A stretch of 64,000 nt of DNA, from assembly GCA_045129995.1 (NCBI GenBank), contig JBGUOX010000048.1:16381-80380 (forward strand). Direction: 5' to 3'. Both the position numbers and the translations under genes were made by a program. The DNA is from Ruminococcus sp. GTDB taxonomy: Bacteria; Bacillota; Clostridia; Oscillospirales; Acutalibacteraceae. Of the stretch, positions 56,304 through 64,000 are shown in pieces. Each line of letters opens with the position of its first letter. Position 1 is the first letter of the stretch. Below the pieces are notes generated by a model, which was given only the letters and a program-made list of their open reading frames with translations, was not told where the DNA came from and made no database searches.

Positions 56304-57770
56304 TCACGATTTGCCTGAATAATCAACCGTTTTTCCGCTGTAAAAATCACGGATTTCGCCTTTTCTTATGAGCATTTCGTCAAATCTGCCTATATATTCA
56401 TAGGGATACTTAAAATTAAACACGCGCTTTAGGAAATCCGTTTGCGGATTCTTAAGCTTTGTAACGCCGCCGCAGCCGCACGCGAGTATGGTGTGAGTTT
56501 CGTCCATTACAAAAACATTGTACAGACTTTCAAAGCCGCGTTTTGACCAGCCGACGTTCTCAAGGTTGCCTACCATCCGCGTCTGACGATAGAGGTAGTA
56601 CGGAATGTAGTCAAGCTCCGTCAGCGCATCCTGTGCATAGCGCAGCATACTGCGCGCCGCGAGCGCCTCTTCCCTGTTGAGAGTTTTTCCTTCGGTAGTC
56701 AAATTTGCGGCGCGTTTCATACAGAGCGTGTGCACGGTGATACATTCTGCGCCCAAGCCGGTCACGGCGTCGAGCGACCGACGAAAGCTGTCGGGCGTAT
56801 CTGTCGGAAGTCCTGCGATCAGGTCGGTGTTGATATTGTCAAAGCCGCACCTGCGCGCCAAAGCGAAAGCGTCCAAAAATTGCTGCGCGGTATGCCGTCT
56901 GCCGATCGTTTGAAGCACGCTGTCGTTGAGGGTTTGCGGATTTATGCTGATACGATCCACTTTATTTTCTTTTAAAGCAAAAAGACGCTCGCTGTCTATC
57001 GTGTCAGGTCTGCCGGCTTCTACCGTAAATTCACGGCAATGAGATAAATCAAAGCTGCTGTTCACGGTGCCGAGTACGCGGTCGAGCTGTTCGGCGCTGA
57101 GGGTGGTCGGCGTGCCGCCGCCAAAATAGACGCTTTCAAGCCGAAGGTTAAGATCGGACGCGATTTGAGCCGTTGCCTTAAGCTCTTCACAAAGCAGACC
57201 GACGTATGGCTCCATCAGCTTTTTTGCGCGCTCCACCGAGGACATCACGAACGAGCAATAGCTGCATCGTGAAGGACAAAACGGGATGCCTACATACAAA
57301 CTGAAGGAATCGGGACGTGACAGTGAAATGATGCGCTGCTCATGCGCTTCGGTTTGAAGCGCAAGCTCGATTTTTTCATCGCTTACGAAGTAATCCTCGC
57401 TAAAGCGCCGTCTTGCCTCCTGCTCGCCAAAGCGGTCGCAAAGCCTGCGCATCAGTTTGATCGGTCGAACGCCCGTCAGCAAGCCCCACGCCTGCTGCAC
57501 ACCGCTAAATTCCGCAAGCAGACGGTACAGCAGTTTTGCCGTCGACAGCTCGTTATTATCTTTATCAGCGGAAAGCGGCGAAGATAATTCCCGAGAATAA
57601 TCACCGATTTTGACGCGCACGGAAATAACATCGGACAGCTCTGTATAAATATACGGTTCTTCTATTGAGGAAAATGACTTGTGAACGGCTATTTTTTCAT
57701 TTGGAAAGAAAAGCCGCGTAAGGTTTTCCAATTCAAACCAAAAGGTATGGTTTTTGATATAAAGGTTCAT
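56304..57770 (-). CDS. hemZ: HemZ-family radical SAM protein
   Basis: WGLLTGVRP, CPSRCSYC, GGGTPT, EAGRPD, PYYLYRQ...LENVG. Confidence 0.92.
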   Translation of the reverse strand: MNLYIKNHTFWFELENLTRLFFPNEKIAVHKSFSSIEEPYIYTELSDVISVRVKIGDYSRELSSPLSADKDNNELSTAKLLYRLLAEFSGVQQAWGLLTGVRPIKLMRRLCDRFGEQEARRRFSEDYFVSDEKIELALQTEAHEQRIISLSRPDSFSLYVGIPFCPSRCSYCSFVMSSVERAKKLMEPYVGLLCEELKATAQIASDLNLRLESVYFGGGTPTTLSAEQLDRVLGTVNSSFDLSHCREFTVEAGRPDTIDSERLFALKENKVDRISINPQTLNDSVLQTIGRRHTAQQFLDAFALARRCGFDNINTDLIAGLPTDTPDSFRRSLDAVTGLGAECITVHTLCMKRAANLTTEGKTLNREEALAARSMLRYAQDALTELDYIPYYLYRQTRMVGNLENVGWSKRGFESLYNVFVMDETHTILACGCGGVTKLKNPQTDFLKRVFNFKYPYEYIGRFDEMLIRKGEIRDFYSGKTVDYSGKS

Positions 57771-57771
57771 A

Positions 57772-58398
57772 TCACAATCTTCCCATCAGCGGATTGTATT
57801 TTCTTTCGTAGGAAAGCTTTGTAAGAGGTCCGTGACCCGGGATGATCACATAGTCGCCGTCCAGTTCCTTAACGCGCTTAAGAGAAGCTATCATCTGCTC
57901 GTCGTTGCCGCTGGGGAGATCTGTTCTGCCGTAGGATCCCTGAAAGATAAGATCGCCGGCAATCATTATGTCGTCAAAAAGGAAAATACCGCAGCCGGAG
58001 GTATGTCCGGGCGTATAAAGATAGGTGATCTCGCTTTCACCCAAAAAGAAGGAGTCGCCGTCCTCAAGAAGCAAGTCGGCTTCAAACGGCGCGAACAATA
58101 TGCCGTGACTCTTGGTTCCGTTGAGATGTGTGTCCTTCAGGAAAGGAGCGTTATGCTTTCCGGTAACGATTTTAGCGCCGAATTTATCGGCAAGCTGTTT
58201 GGCGTAGCAAATATGGTCGTAGTGGCCGTGAGTGAGCAGAACATATTCAAGCTTTCCGCCGTCCTTTTTAATTTGCGCTTCCAACGATTTGGAGCGATCG
58301 CCCGGATCGGTCACAGCCGACTTTCCGGTTGCCTCGTCAACAAGATAACAGCAGTTCGTTTGCAGCATGGTGACAGGATATATTTGTGTTTTGATCAT
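57772..58398 (-). CDS. MBL-fold metallohydrolase (glyoxalase II-like)
   Basis: THGHYDH, TPGHT, GD...GRTDL, PGHG. Confidence 0.93.
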   Translation of the reverse strand: MIKTQIYPVTMLQTNCCYLVDEATGKSAVTDPGDRSKSLEAQIKKDGGKLEYVLLTHGHYDHICYAKQLADKFGAKIVTGKHNAPFLKDTHLNGTKSHGILFAPFEADLLLEDGDSFFLGESEITYLYTPGHTSGCGIFLFDDIMIAGDLIFQGSYGRTDLPSGNDEQMIASLKRVKELDGDYVIIPGHGPLTKLSYERKYNPLMGRL

Positions 58399-58850
58399 CG
58401 TTTCAAGTCCTTTGAATTAATATCTATGGTAACTGGTCCGTCGTTCAGCAGGCTCACCTGCATATCCGCACCGAATACTCCTCGTTCTACCTTTTTTACG
58501 CCGTTGCTCCTGATACGATCGCAAAAATGCTCATAGAGCGGCTGCGCGGTTTCGGGACGCGCCGCAGCGATAAAGCTTGGACGTCTGCCGTGAGTACAGT
58601 CGGCGCAAAGCGTAAAGTTTGAGATCACAAGCACCTCTCCGCCGATGTCGGCAAGAGAAAGATTCATTTTATCATTTTCATCGGTGAAAACACGCAGTCC
58701 CGCTATTTTGTCGGCAAGCACCTCGGCTTCCTTTTCATTATCGCCCTGCTCAACGCCGAGCAAAATCAGGAAGCCACGGGCAACGGCTCCTACGGTCTTG
58801 CCCTCGGCCGTGACCTCGGCGTGTGACACGCGTTGAATAATTGCTTTCAT
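58395..58850 (-). CDS. dtd: D-aminoacyl-tRNA deacylase
   Basis: QRV, LRVF.D...KMN, SNFTL, GRRPSF, NDGPVT. Confidence 0.96.
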   Translation of the reverse strand: MKAIIQRVSHAEVTAEGKTVGAVARGFLILLGVEQGDNEKEAEVLADKIAGLRVFTDENDKMNLSLADIGGEVLVISNFTLCADCTHGRRPSFIAAARPETAQPLYEHFCDRIRSNGVKKVERGVFGADMQVSLLNDGPVTIDINSKDLKR

Positions 58851-58862
58851 TTGTACCTCCGT

Positions 58863-60074
58863 TTATTGTTCCGCCTTTGCGTTCAGCTTTCCGTCGGCAA
58901 AGGTAAGGGTAAAAGGTTTTTCTTTGTCAAGCTGCGCCGCTGTTTTTACGATGACGCAATCCTGCTCGGCAAGCGCGTAACCGCGCGCAAGGACGGAAAG
59001 CGGATTCAGGATCTCCAGTTTTGCGGCGTTGCGGCGAAGGTTTAATTCTTTATCGGAAATTTTGCGCTGAAAAACGCCTTCCAGCTTTTTTGCCGTAAGC
59101 TGATAATACTGCCAAAGGCGTCGCGAACGTTCCTCAGGTCCGGAACGATCCATTCGCTGACGAAACCGTAGAAGCACGTTATCCTCAACGCGCAGACGGT
59201 TCTCAGCCAAATGCGCCAAATACTGTGCCTGCGAGCGATAATATGCCGTAAGCTCCTCCCTGTCGGGCACGGCAAGCTCTGCCGCTGCGGACGGAGTGGG
59301 AGCGCGCATATCCGCGACAAAATCGCTGATGGTGAAATCGATCTCGTGTCCGACCGCGGAAATCACCGGCGTTTGGCATCCGTAAATCTCACGCGCGAGT
59401 CCTTCGTCGTTAAAAGCCCACAAGTCCTCCGCGGAACCGCCGCCTCTGCCGATGATGATAACATCGCACAAGCCGGACTTGTCCATCTGCCGCAGAGCGT
59501 TTATAAGCTGCGGCGGCGCTCCGTCGCCCTGTACCGTCACGGGATAAAACAGCATATTTACGCAAGGATAGCGGCGGTATAGGATGTTTCGAATATCCTG
59601 TATTGCCGCGCGGGTGGGCGAAGTGATGACACCTACGGTTTTAGGAAAACGCGGCAGCGGCTTTTTTCGGCTTGGATCAAACAATCCCTGTGCTTCAAGG
59701 CGCTGCTTTAGCTGTTCGAAGGCAAGCGCCAGCGCGCCGACGCCGTCCGGCTGCATATCCTCGATATAGAGCTGATACTGACCGCTTGGTTCGTACAGCG
59801 AGATCCTGCCGCGGCAAAGCACCTTCATACCGTCCTGCGGACGAAATTTCAGCCTTCTGGCGTTTCCGGCGAACATAACGGCGCGAATTATACTGCGTTC
59901 ATCCTTTAGCGAAAGATAAATATGTCCGCTTCGGTAGTGGTCGGTCAGGTTTGAGATCTCGCCCGAGATCAAAACGAATTGAAGCCGCGGATCGTTTTCA
60001 AGCAACGACTTGATATAATAATTCAGTTGTGATACCGATAGTACGCTCGGTTTTGTCATTTTTGGTGTATACAT
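58863..60074 (-). CDS. xseA: Exodeoxyribonuclease VII large subunit
   Basis: GEISN, SGHIY, RGGGSAEDLWAFN, SAVGHE.D, APTPSAAAE. Confidence 0.96.
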   Translation of the reverse strand: MYTPKMTKPSVLSVSQLNYYIKSLLENDPRLQFVLISGEISNLTDHYRSGHIYLSLKDERSIIRAVMFAGNARRLKFRPQDGMKVLCRGRISLYEPSGQYQLYIEDMQPDGVGALALAFEQLKQRLEAQGLFDPSRKKPLPRFPKTVGVITSPTRAAIQDIRNILYRRYPCVNMLFYPVTVQGDGAPPQLINALRQMDKSGLCDVIIIGRGGGSAEDLWAFNDEGLAREIYGCQTPVISAVGHEIDFTISDFVADMRAPTPSAAAELAVPDREELTAYYRSQAQYLAHLAENRLRVEDNVLLRFRQRMDRSGPEERSRRLWQYYQLTAKKLEGVFQRKISDKELNLRRNAAKLEILNPLSVLARGYALAEQDCVIVKTAAQLDKEKPFTLTFADGKLNAKAEQ

Positions 60075-60075
60075 T

Positions 60076-61014
60076 TCAGTTCTCCGCCGCTTTGCAGCAG
60101 GTCAAGTACGCGATGCCCGCGGCGTTGTCGGCTGAATACTCCGGCGGCGCGAAGCTTGCGTTGTATTTTTCTGTAAAAGAATTTTTGATGATAGAGTTCG
60201 ACATCACTCCCCCTGCGTAAATCAGAGGCAAGCCGCTGTGTTTTTCAAGCAGCGCATCGGTCATCATAGATAGCGCCTGACGAATATATTCCAGGCAAAA
60301 GGCAGCGATGTAGGGCTTATCCTCTCCATCGGCAAAAAGCTTTTGACAAAGGTTTTCCACTCCGCTTAGACAGCAGTCGCAGCCTTTGAGCTTGGGACGC
60401 GTTTTTATTTGCCGGCTGTTTTGCAGGGCAAGCTGTTCCAGCTGCGCGCCGCACGGAAACTTGAGTCCGAGCATTACGCCAACGCGGTCGATCGCCTGAC
60501 CTGCATTCAAATCAAGCGTATGCGCGATCATCTCGCAGGAAAAGCCGCTGCCGCTGCCCTTGACAAGAACCGCTTCGGTCGTTCCTCCGCTGACATGAAA
60601 TGCGATAAAGCTTTTTTGCATCAAATCAAGCCGTCCGCTTCCGAACAGCGCCGCCGCAACGTGTCCCTCCTGGTGAGAAAAAGCGTGCACAGGTATTTGC
60701 AGGGCGGCGGATAAAATTTTAGCCGTGTTTTCGCCCACTGTAAAACACGGCATATAGGAGCCGCTGACCGGGCGCGGTCTTACGGACGCGCCCACTGCGG
60801 CGATGTTTCGGGGATTGATTTCACTAAGCAGCGCACCCAACACTTCGTGCAGCTGCGCGGTATGGTGAAACACCGCGTCGCTTTGCCGCAGTCCGAGTTG
60901 ACCGGGCTTGACCGGAAGCAGCTTCTTTTTTTGCAGCATAAGACCTGTTTCGCTGTCGTACGCGGCGGCGGACGTGGTGTAGTTTGACGTATCTATGCCG
61001 ATATACAGGCTCAT
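60076..61014 (-). CDS. TsaD/Kae1-family paralog
   Basis: GIDTSNYTTS, SHQEGH, SGGTTE, AGQAIDR, GGVMSN, DNAAGIA. Confidence 0.8.
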   Translation of the reverse strand: MSLYIGIDTSNYTTSAAAYDSETGLMLQKKKLLPVKPGQLGLRQSDAVFHHTAQLHEVLGALLSEINPRNIAAVGASVRPRPVSGSYMPCFTVGENTAKILSAALQIPVHAFSHQEGHVAAALFGSGRLDLMQKSFIAFHVSGGTTEAVLVKGSGSGFSCEMIAHTLDLNAGQAIDRVGVMLGLKFPCGAQLEQLALQNSRQIKTRPKLKGCDCCLSGVENLCQKLFADGEDKPYIAAFCLEYIRQALSMMTDALLEKHSGLPLIYAGGVMSNSIIKNSFTEKYNASFAPPEYSADNAAGIAYLTCCKAAEN

Positions 61015-61445
61015 GACTGCGCCTCCGAACGGCTGCGGATATATGAGCCGAGAACGCCGTTGACAAATCCGCTTTCGTCGATGGTGTATTTTTTTGCAAG
61101 CTCTACGGCTTCGTTGACCGATACGCTGTCAGGAATGCTTTCAAGGTATTTTATCTCATACATTGCCAGACGCAGAATGGACAAAGAAGTTCGCGAGATC
61201 CTTTGCAGACTCCAGCCCTTTTTCAAAAAAGGTGAAATATCTCCGTCGATTTCGTCCTGAACCGCTTCGATGCCGGGAACTACCACGCGCGCGTAATCGC
61301 ACACGCCGCCCTCAAAAAGCTGTTCGGCGTCGGCAAAGGTATCCTCTATCGGTTCCTTTACAAAGGAACGTGAAAACAAAAGCATAAACGCCTGTTCGCG
61401 TGCTTCGCTGCGGCTGAGATTTACAGTTTTTTCTTGCTCACACAT
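61011..61445 (-). CDS. nusB: Transcription antitermination factor NusB
   Basis: R..ARE.A, ILRLA.YE, VNEAVELAKKY, FVNGVL. Confidence 0.96.
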   Translation of the reverse strand: MCEQEKTVNLSRSEAREQAFMLLFSRSFVKEPIEDTFADAEQLFEGGVCDYARVVVPGIEAVQDEIDGDISPFLKKGWSLQRISRTSLSILRLAMYEIKYLESIPDSVSVNEAVELAKKYTIDESGFVNGVLGSYIRSRSEAQS

Positions 61446-61582
61446 ATGATACCAACTTTACAATTATATTCCTGTTTATTATATCACAGTGATCGTAAAA
61501 AGTAAATGGTGAATTTGCCGCTGTTACACAGAAAGAAAACCCGGAAAACCCTTGCAAAAGCAAAACGATTCTCCGGGTGATC

Positions 61583-62122
61583 TTATGCGCCGATGATGGA
61601 AATATTTTCGTAGCTGACGCTATAGTGCGAGGTGACTGCGTCATCGATAACTATTGCCGCAGTGTCATTGAGCTGCTGCTTGGGAACGATCACTGTCACG
61701 CCCTCGTCGCTGATGCAGCACAGGCAGTCGAAAAAGCCCTTCGCGCGTATGATGCTTTCGATGCTGTCCTGTACGGTAAAGGTTTTCAACAGCTTTTCAA
61801 CGCTTTTTTGCGCTTCTGTTTTGTCATCATCCGAAGCGTTTTCAAGGTCGAGCGCATTTTGCGCCTGCTCCATTGCCGCGTCCTGCGTGTTTTGCCGCTT
61901 GGTGCGTTCTGACGCGAAAAGCGCCTGCTGATCCTTGCTTAGAGAGGATTTGGACGCCGCTTCGTCCGCCGTTGCCGTAACCGTAGCATTGACATAGGAC
62001 GCGGCTCCCAGCTCCTTGACCGACGATTTTTGCACGCCGCCGAACTGCCAGTTGACATATACCGCCGCTCCAAGCGCTAAAACCAGCGCCGCCGAAATCA
62101 CGTGTTTCTTTTGAAATTTCAT
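61583..62122 (-). CDS. spoIIIAH: Stage III sporulation protein AH
   Basis: LVLALGAAVYVNW, ESIIRAKGF.DC; last gene of the spoIIIA operon. Confidence 0.9.
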   Translation of the reverse strand: MKFQKKHVISAALVLALGAAVYVNWQFGGVQKSSVKELGAASYVNATVTATADEAASKSSLSKDQQALFASERTKRQNTQDAAMEQAQNALDLENASDDDKTEAQKSVEKLLKTFTVQDSIESIIRAKGFFDCLCCISDEGVTVIVPKQQLNDTAAIVIDDAVTSHYSVSYENISIIGA

Positions 62123-62135
62123 AGTATGACCGCCT

Positions 62136-62576
62136 TTATTCTGATAGTTTTTCAACACAAACCTTCGCCGAGGAAATATCGAGCGCCTTGGTAACTGCTT
62201 CTGTTATACGCCCGACCGTAACCGGGTCACTGCCGCCCTGACAAAGCACAAGCACACCGCGAATGCGCGGCGCGATCTCCTTGGTTTTGGTACTGCCGTT
62301 TTCCAAATAGACCGACTCTACGCCGTTGTCCATCGTCAGCATTACGCGCGTTTTGCCTGCGCCCTCGATTTTTTCGAGGAAGCCTTCAAGCTCTTGCTCG
62401 GTATGTGACGCGTAATCGCCGGATGAAACGCTCTCTGTCTTTTCGCCTTGCCTGTCGCAGGAAATGAAATTGGACAGAAAAATCAGAGCGATGCCAAGCG
62501 CGCCGGCGATCAGTATAATACGCCGCACGCTGTCGCGGTTCATCAGGCTTTTGCATTTTTCCAACCGTTCTTTCAT
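62136..62576 (-). CDS. spoIIIAG: Stage III sporulation protein AG
   Basis: L.KIEGAG...VMLT, P.IRGVLVLCQGG. Confidence 0.88.
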   Translation of the reverse strand: MKERLEKCKSLMNRDSVRRIILIAGALGIALIFLSNFISCDRQGEKTESVSSGDYASHTEQELEGFLEKIEGAGKTRVMLTMDNGVESVYLENGSTKTKEIAPRIRGVLVLCQGGSDPVTVGRITEAVTKALDISSAKVCVEKLSE

Positions 62577-62578
62577 AA

Positions 62579-63049
62579 CTACTCCGTAATTATTTGCGGC
62601 ACAACGGAGAAATTATCCTCAATAATGCGAGAGATCTCTTCTTTGTGCGCCGCATCGTCTTTGTCTACGATCAAGGTGATGTCCGCAATGATGACGCGGT
62701 TTTCATCCCTGAGCGCAAGCGTAACCTGCGCCTGCTTGACCGTAATATCGTGCTGCGCAAGTAAATCCTTGGCTGTTTGCTCCAGATTACCTTCGGTCTG
62801 AGCAAGAACCGCGCGGTTGAACTCATCGCCGCCCGTAGTGCCTTCGGCAATGCTTTCCAAATCAGGCGGATCGAACGAGATGCCGCTCAAGGCGCTTTGC
62901 AGCGGAAGCAGCAAACTGCAAAGCAGAAACGCGCCCATTATCATTCCGAGAAGCTTTTTTGTGCCGCCGTCCGATATAAAACGTGACAGCAGCGCAGCAG
63001 TCACAGCCGAAGCGCATACGGTTGCCGCAGACGAGTACAGTCCGTTCAC
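62579..63049 (-). CDS. spoIIIAF: Stage III sporulation protein AF
   Basis: Two N-terminal TM segments plus a soluble domain; position between spoIIIAE and spoIIIAG. Confidence 0.75.
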   Translation of the reverse strand: MNGLYSSAATVCASAVTAALLSRFISDGGTKKLLGMIMGAFLLCSLLLPLQSALSGISFDPPDLESIAEGTTGGDEFNRAVLAQTEGNLEQTAKDLLAQHDITVKQAQVTLALRDENRVIIADITLIVDKDDAAHKEEISRIIEDNFSVVPQIITE

Positions 63050-64000
63050 GCACCCTCACCTCCGATGGTAAAAAACATGGCGGCAGAGATGATAAACACC
63101 GACATAGCGCAAAGCAAGACCGCAAGCAGCGTAGAAAACACAAGCCGCAGGGAATCAAGCAACGCAACACATATGTCAATGCCCATCATTTCGGCAAAAG
63201 CTTTGCCGGCAAACAGACAAAACGACCAGCCTGCGCATTGCAGCACCGAAGGCAAAAAAGTGATTGCGATCCCCAAAATCACAAATATTCCAAGTCCTGA
63301 TTTTAGGACGTGCAGGCTGCTCTGCACGGTTAGATAAGCTTCGCTTAACGCGCCGCCGACCATCGGAACAAAAGAGCTGAGTGCGAACCTTGCGGCGCGC
63401 GCGCCGACAGAATCGAGCGCACCGGCGGCAATTCCCCGGATCGACATAACCGCGGTAAACACAGCCATTGAAAACCCGAGCAGCCATTTTGCCGCCTTTG
63501 CGATCAATTCACAAATACTGTGCAAACGCACTTCCGGAGCAATTCCTGCGGTGACGCTGATACCGAGAAAAATATTCATTAACGGCAGAATGAAATCCGA
63601 TGAAAGGCGCGCCACACCCTGCCCCGCTCCAAGCATCCACAATTGAGCCGAAACAGCGCCGAACCCTTTGCCGGAAGCCGCCGCCATCGCCACTGCGACC
63701 GGAATAAAAGCGATAAACAGGTTGGCTGCGTTGGCGATCACGCCGCCTGACGCGTTGATACAGCCGATCGCAGGCACTGCGACAGCGCAGCTGACGCAAA
63801 GCGCTGTCACCACCTGAACCGTATCGCTTATGCCGCAGGAAAGTGAGTTCTTGTATACAGACAACATAGCGCAAAGGATCAGCGCAGCCGTCAAAGTTAT
63901 CAATGCCTTAAGCGGCGACTGAAAGCTTTCGCCCGCCATCTGCGTTAGCTGCTCAATAACGCCTTCAAAGCTAAGGCTTGCAAGAGCATTTGCGTCCGCA
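63046..64000 (-). CDS. spoIIIAE: Stage III sporulation protein AE (partial; 5' end beyond the window)
   Basis: Polytopic; RAARFALSSFVPMVGGALSEA...LKSGLGIF; frame stays open to the right edge. Confidence 0.9.
   Translation of the reverse strand, partial: ADANALASLSFEGVIEQLTQMAGESFQSPLKALITLTAALILCAMLSVYKNSLSCGISDTVQVVTALCVSCAVAVPAIGCINASGGVIANAANLFIAFIPVAVAMAAASGKGFGAVSAQLWMLGAGQGVARLSSDFILPLMNIFLGISVTAGIAPEVRLHSICELIAKAAKWLLGFSMAVFTAVMSIRGIAAGALDSVGARAARFALSSFVPMVGGALSEAYLTVQSSLHVLKSGLGIFVILGIAITFLPSVLQCAGWSFCLFAGKAFAEMMGIDICVALLDSLRLVFSTLLAVLLCAMSVFIISAAMFFTIGGEGA

Overview
A chromosomal window from a spore-forming clostridial Firmicute; gene content and order suggest Oscillospiraceae/Ruminococcus-like, which is an inference. 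About 67 CDS are supported. Most are core functions: ilvE, pfkA, a phosphoglucomutase, a purE-F-M-N-O-H-D operon, pyrE-radC-uvrB plus a second type IIA topoisomerase pair, a TPP-riboswitch-controlled thiamine-precursor ABC operon, the yabM-mazG-hup-yabO-yabP-yabQ-divIC-S1-hpf cluster, nusB-xseA-dtd-hemZ, and sporulation genes (spoIIGA-sigE, bofA, spoIIIAE-AH). I saw no tRNA, rRNA, CRISPR array, transposase or prophage. The standout is a cell-envelope modification locus at 15.9-26.1 kb. It encodes a GtrB-like GT2, a stand-alone adenylation enzyme lacking the canonical alpha-amino-binding Asp, a DltC-like carrier, and a fold-III PLP decarboxylase that lacks the LysA signature. These are followed by an MBOAT ending in the Tyr acyl-shuttle hexapeptide, a DltD-like SGNH protein, and a roughly 1000-aa acyltransferase-3/GT-C fusion. 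The architecture suggests a Dlt-like pathway that decarboxylates a carrier-bound amino acid and exports a non-alanine aminoacyl group (e.g. beta-alanyl or GABA) onto a surface polymer. Secondary oddities: a divergent PurF, a compact SpoIID-like protein apparently missing its catalytic Glu, a MATE-HATPase fusion, a TsaD paralog, a candidate sRNA divergent from purE, and a GTAG-type REP-like palindrome. All family assignments come from motif recognition by eye; no database searches were run.
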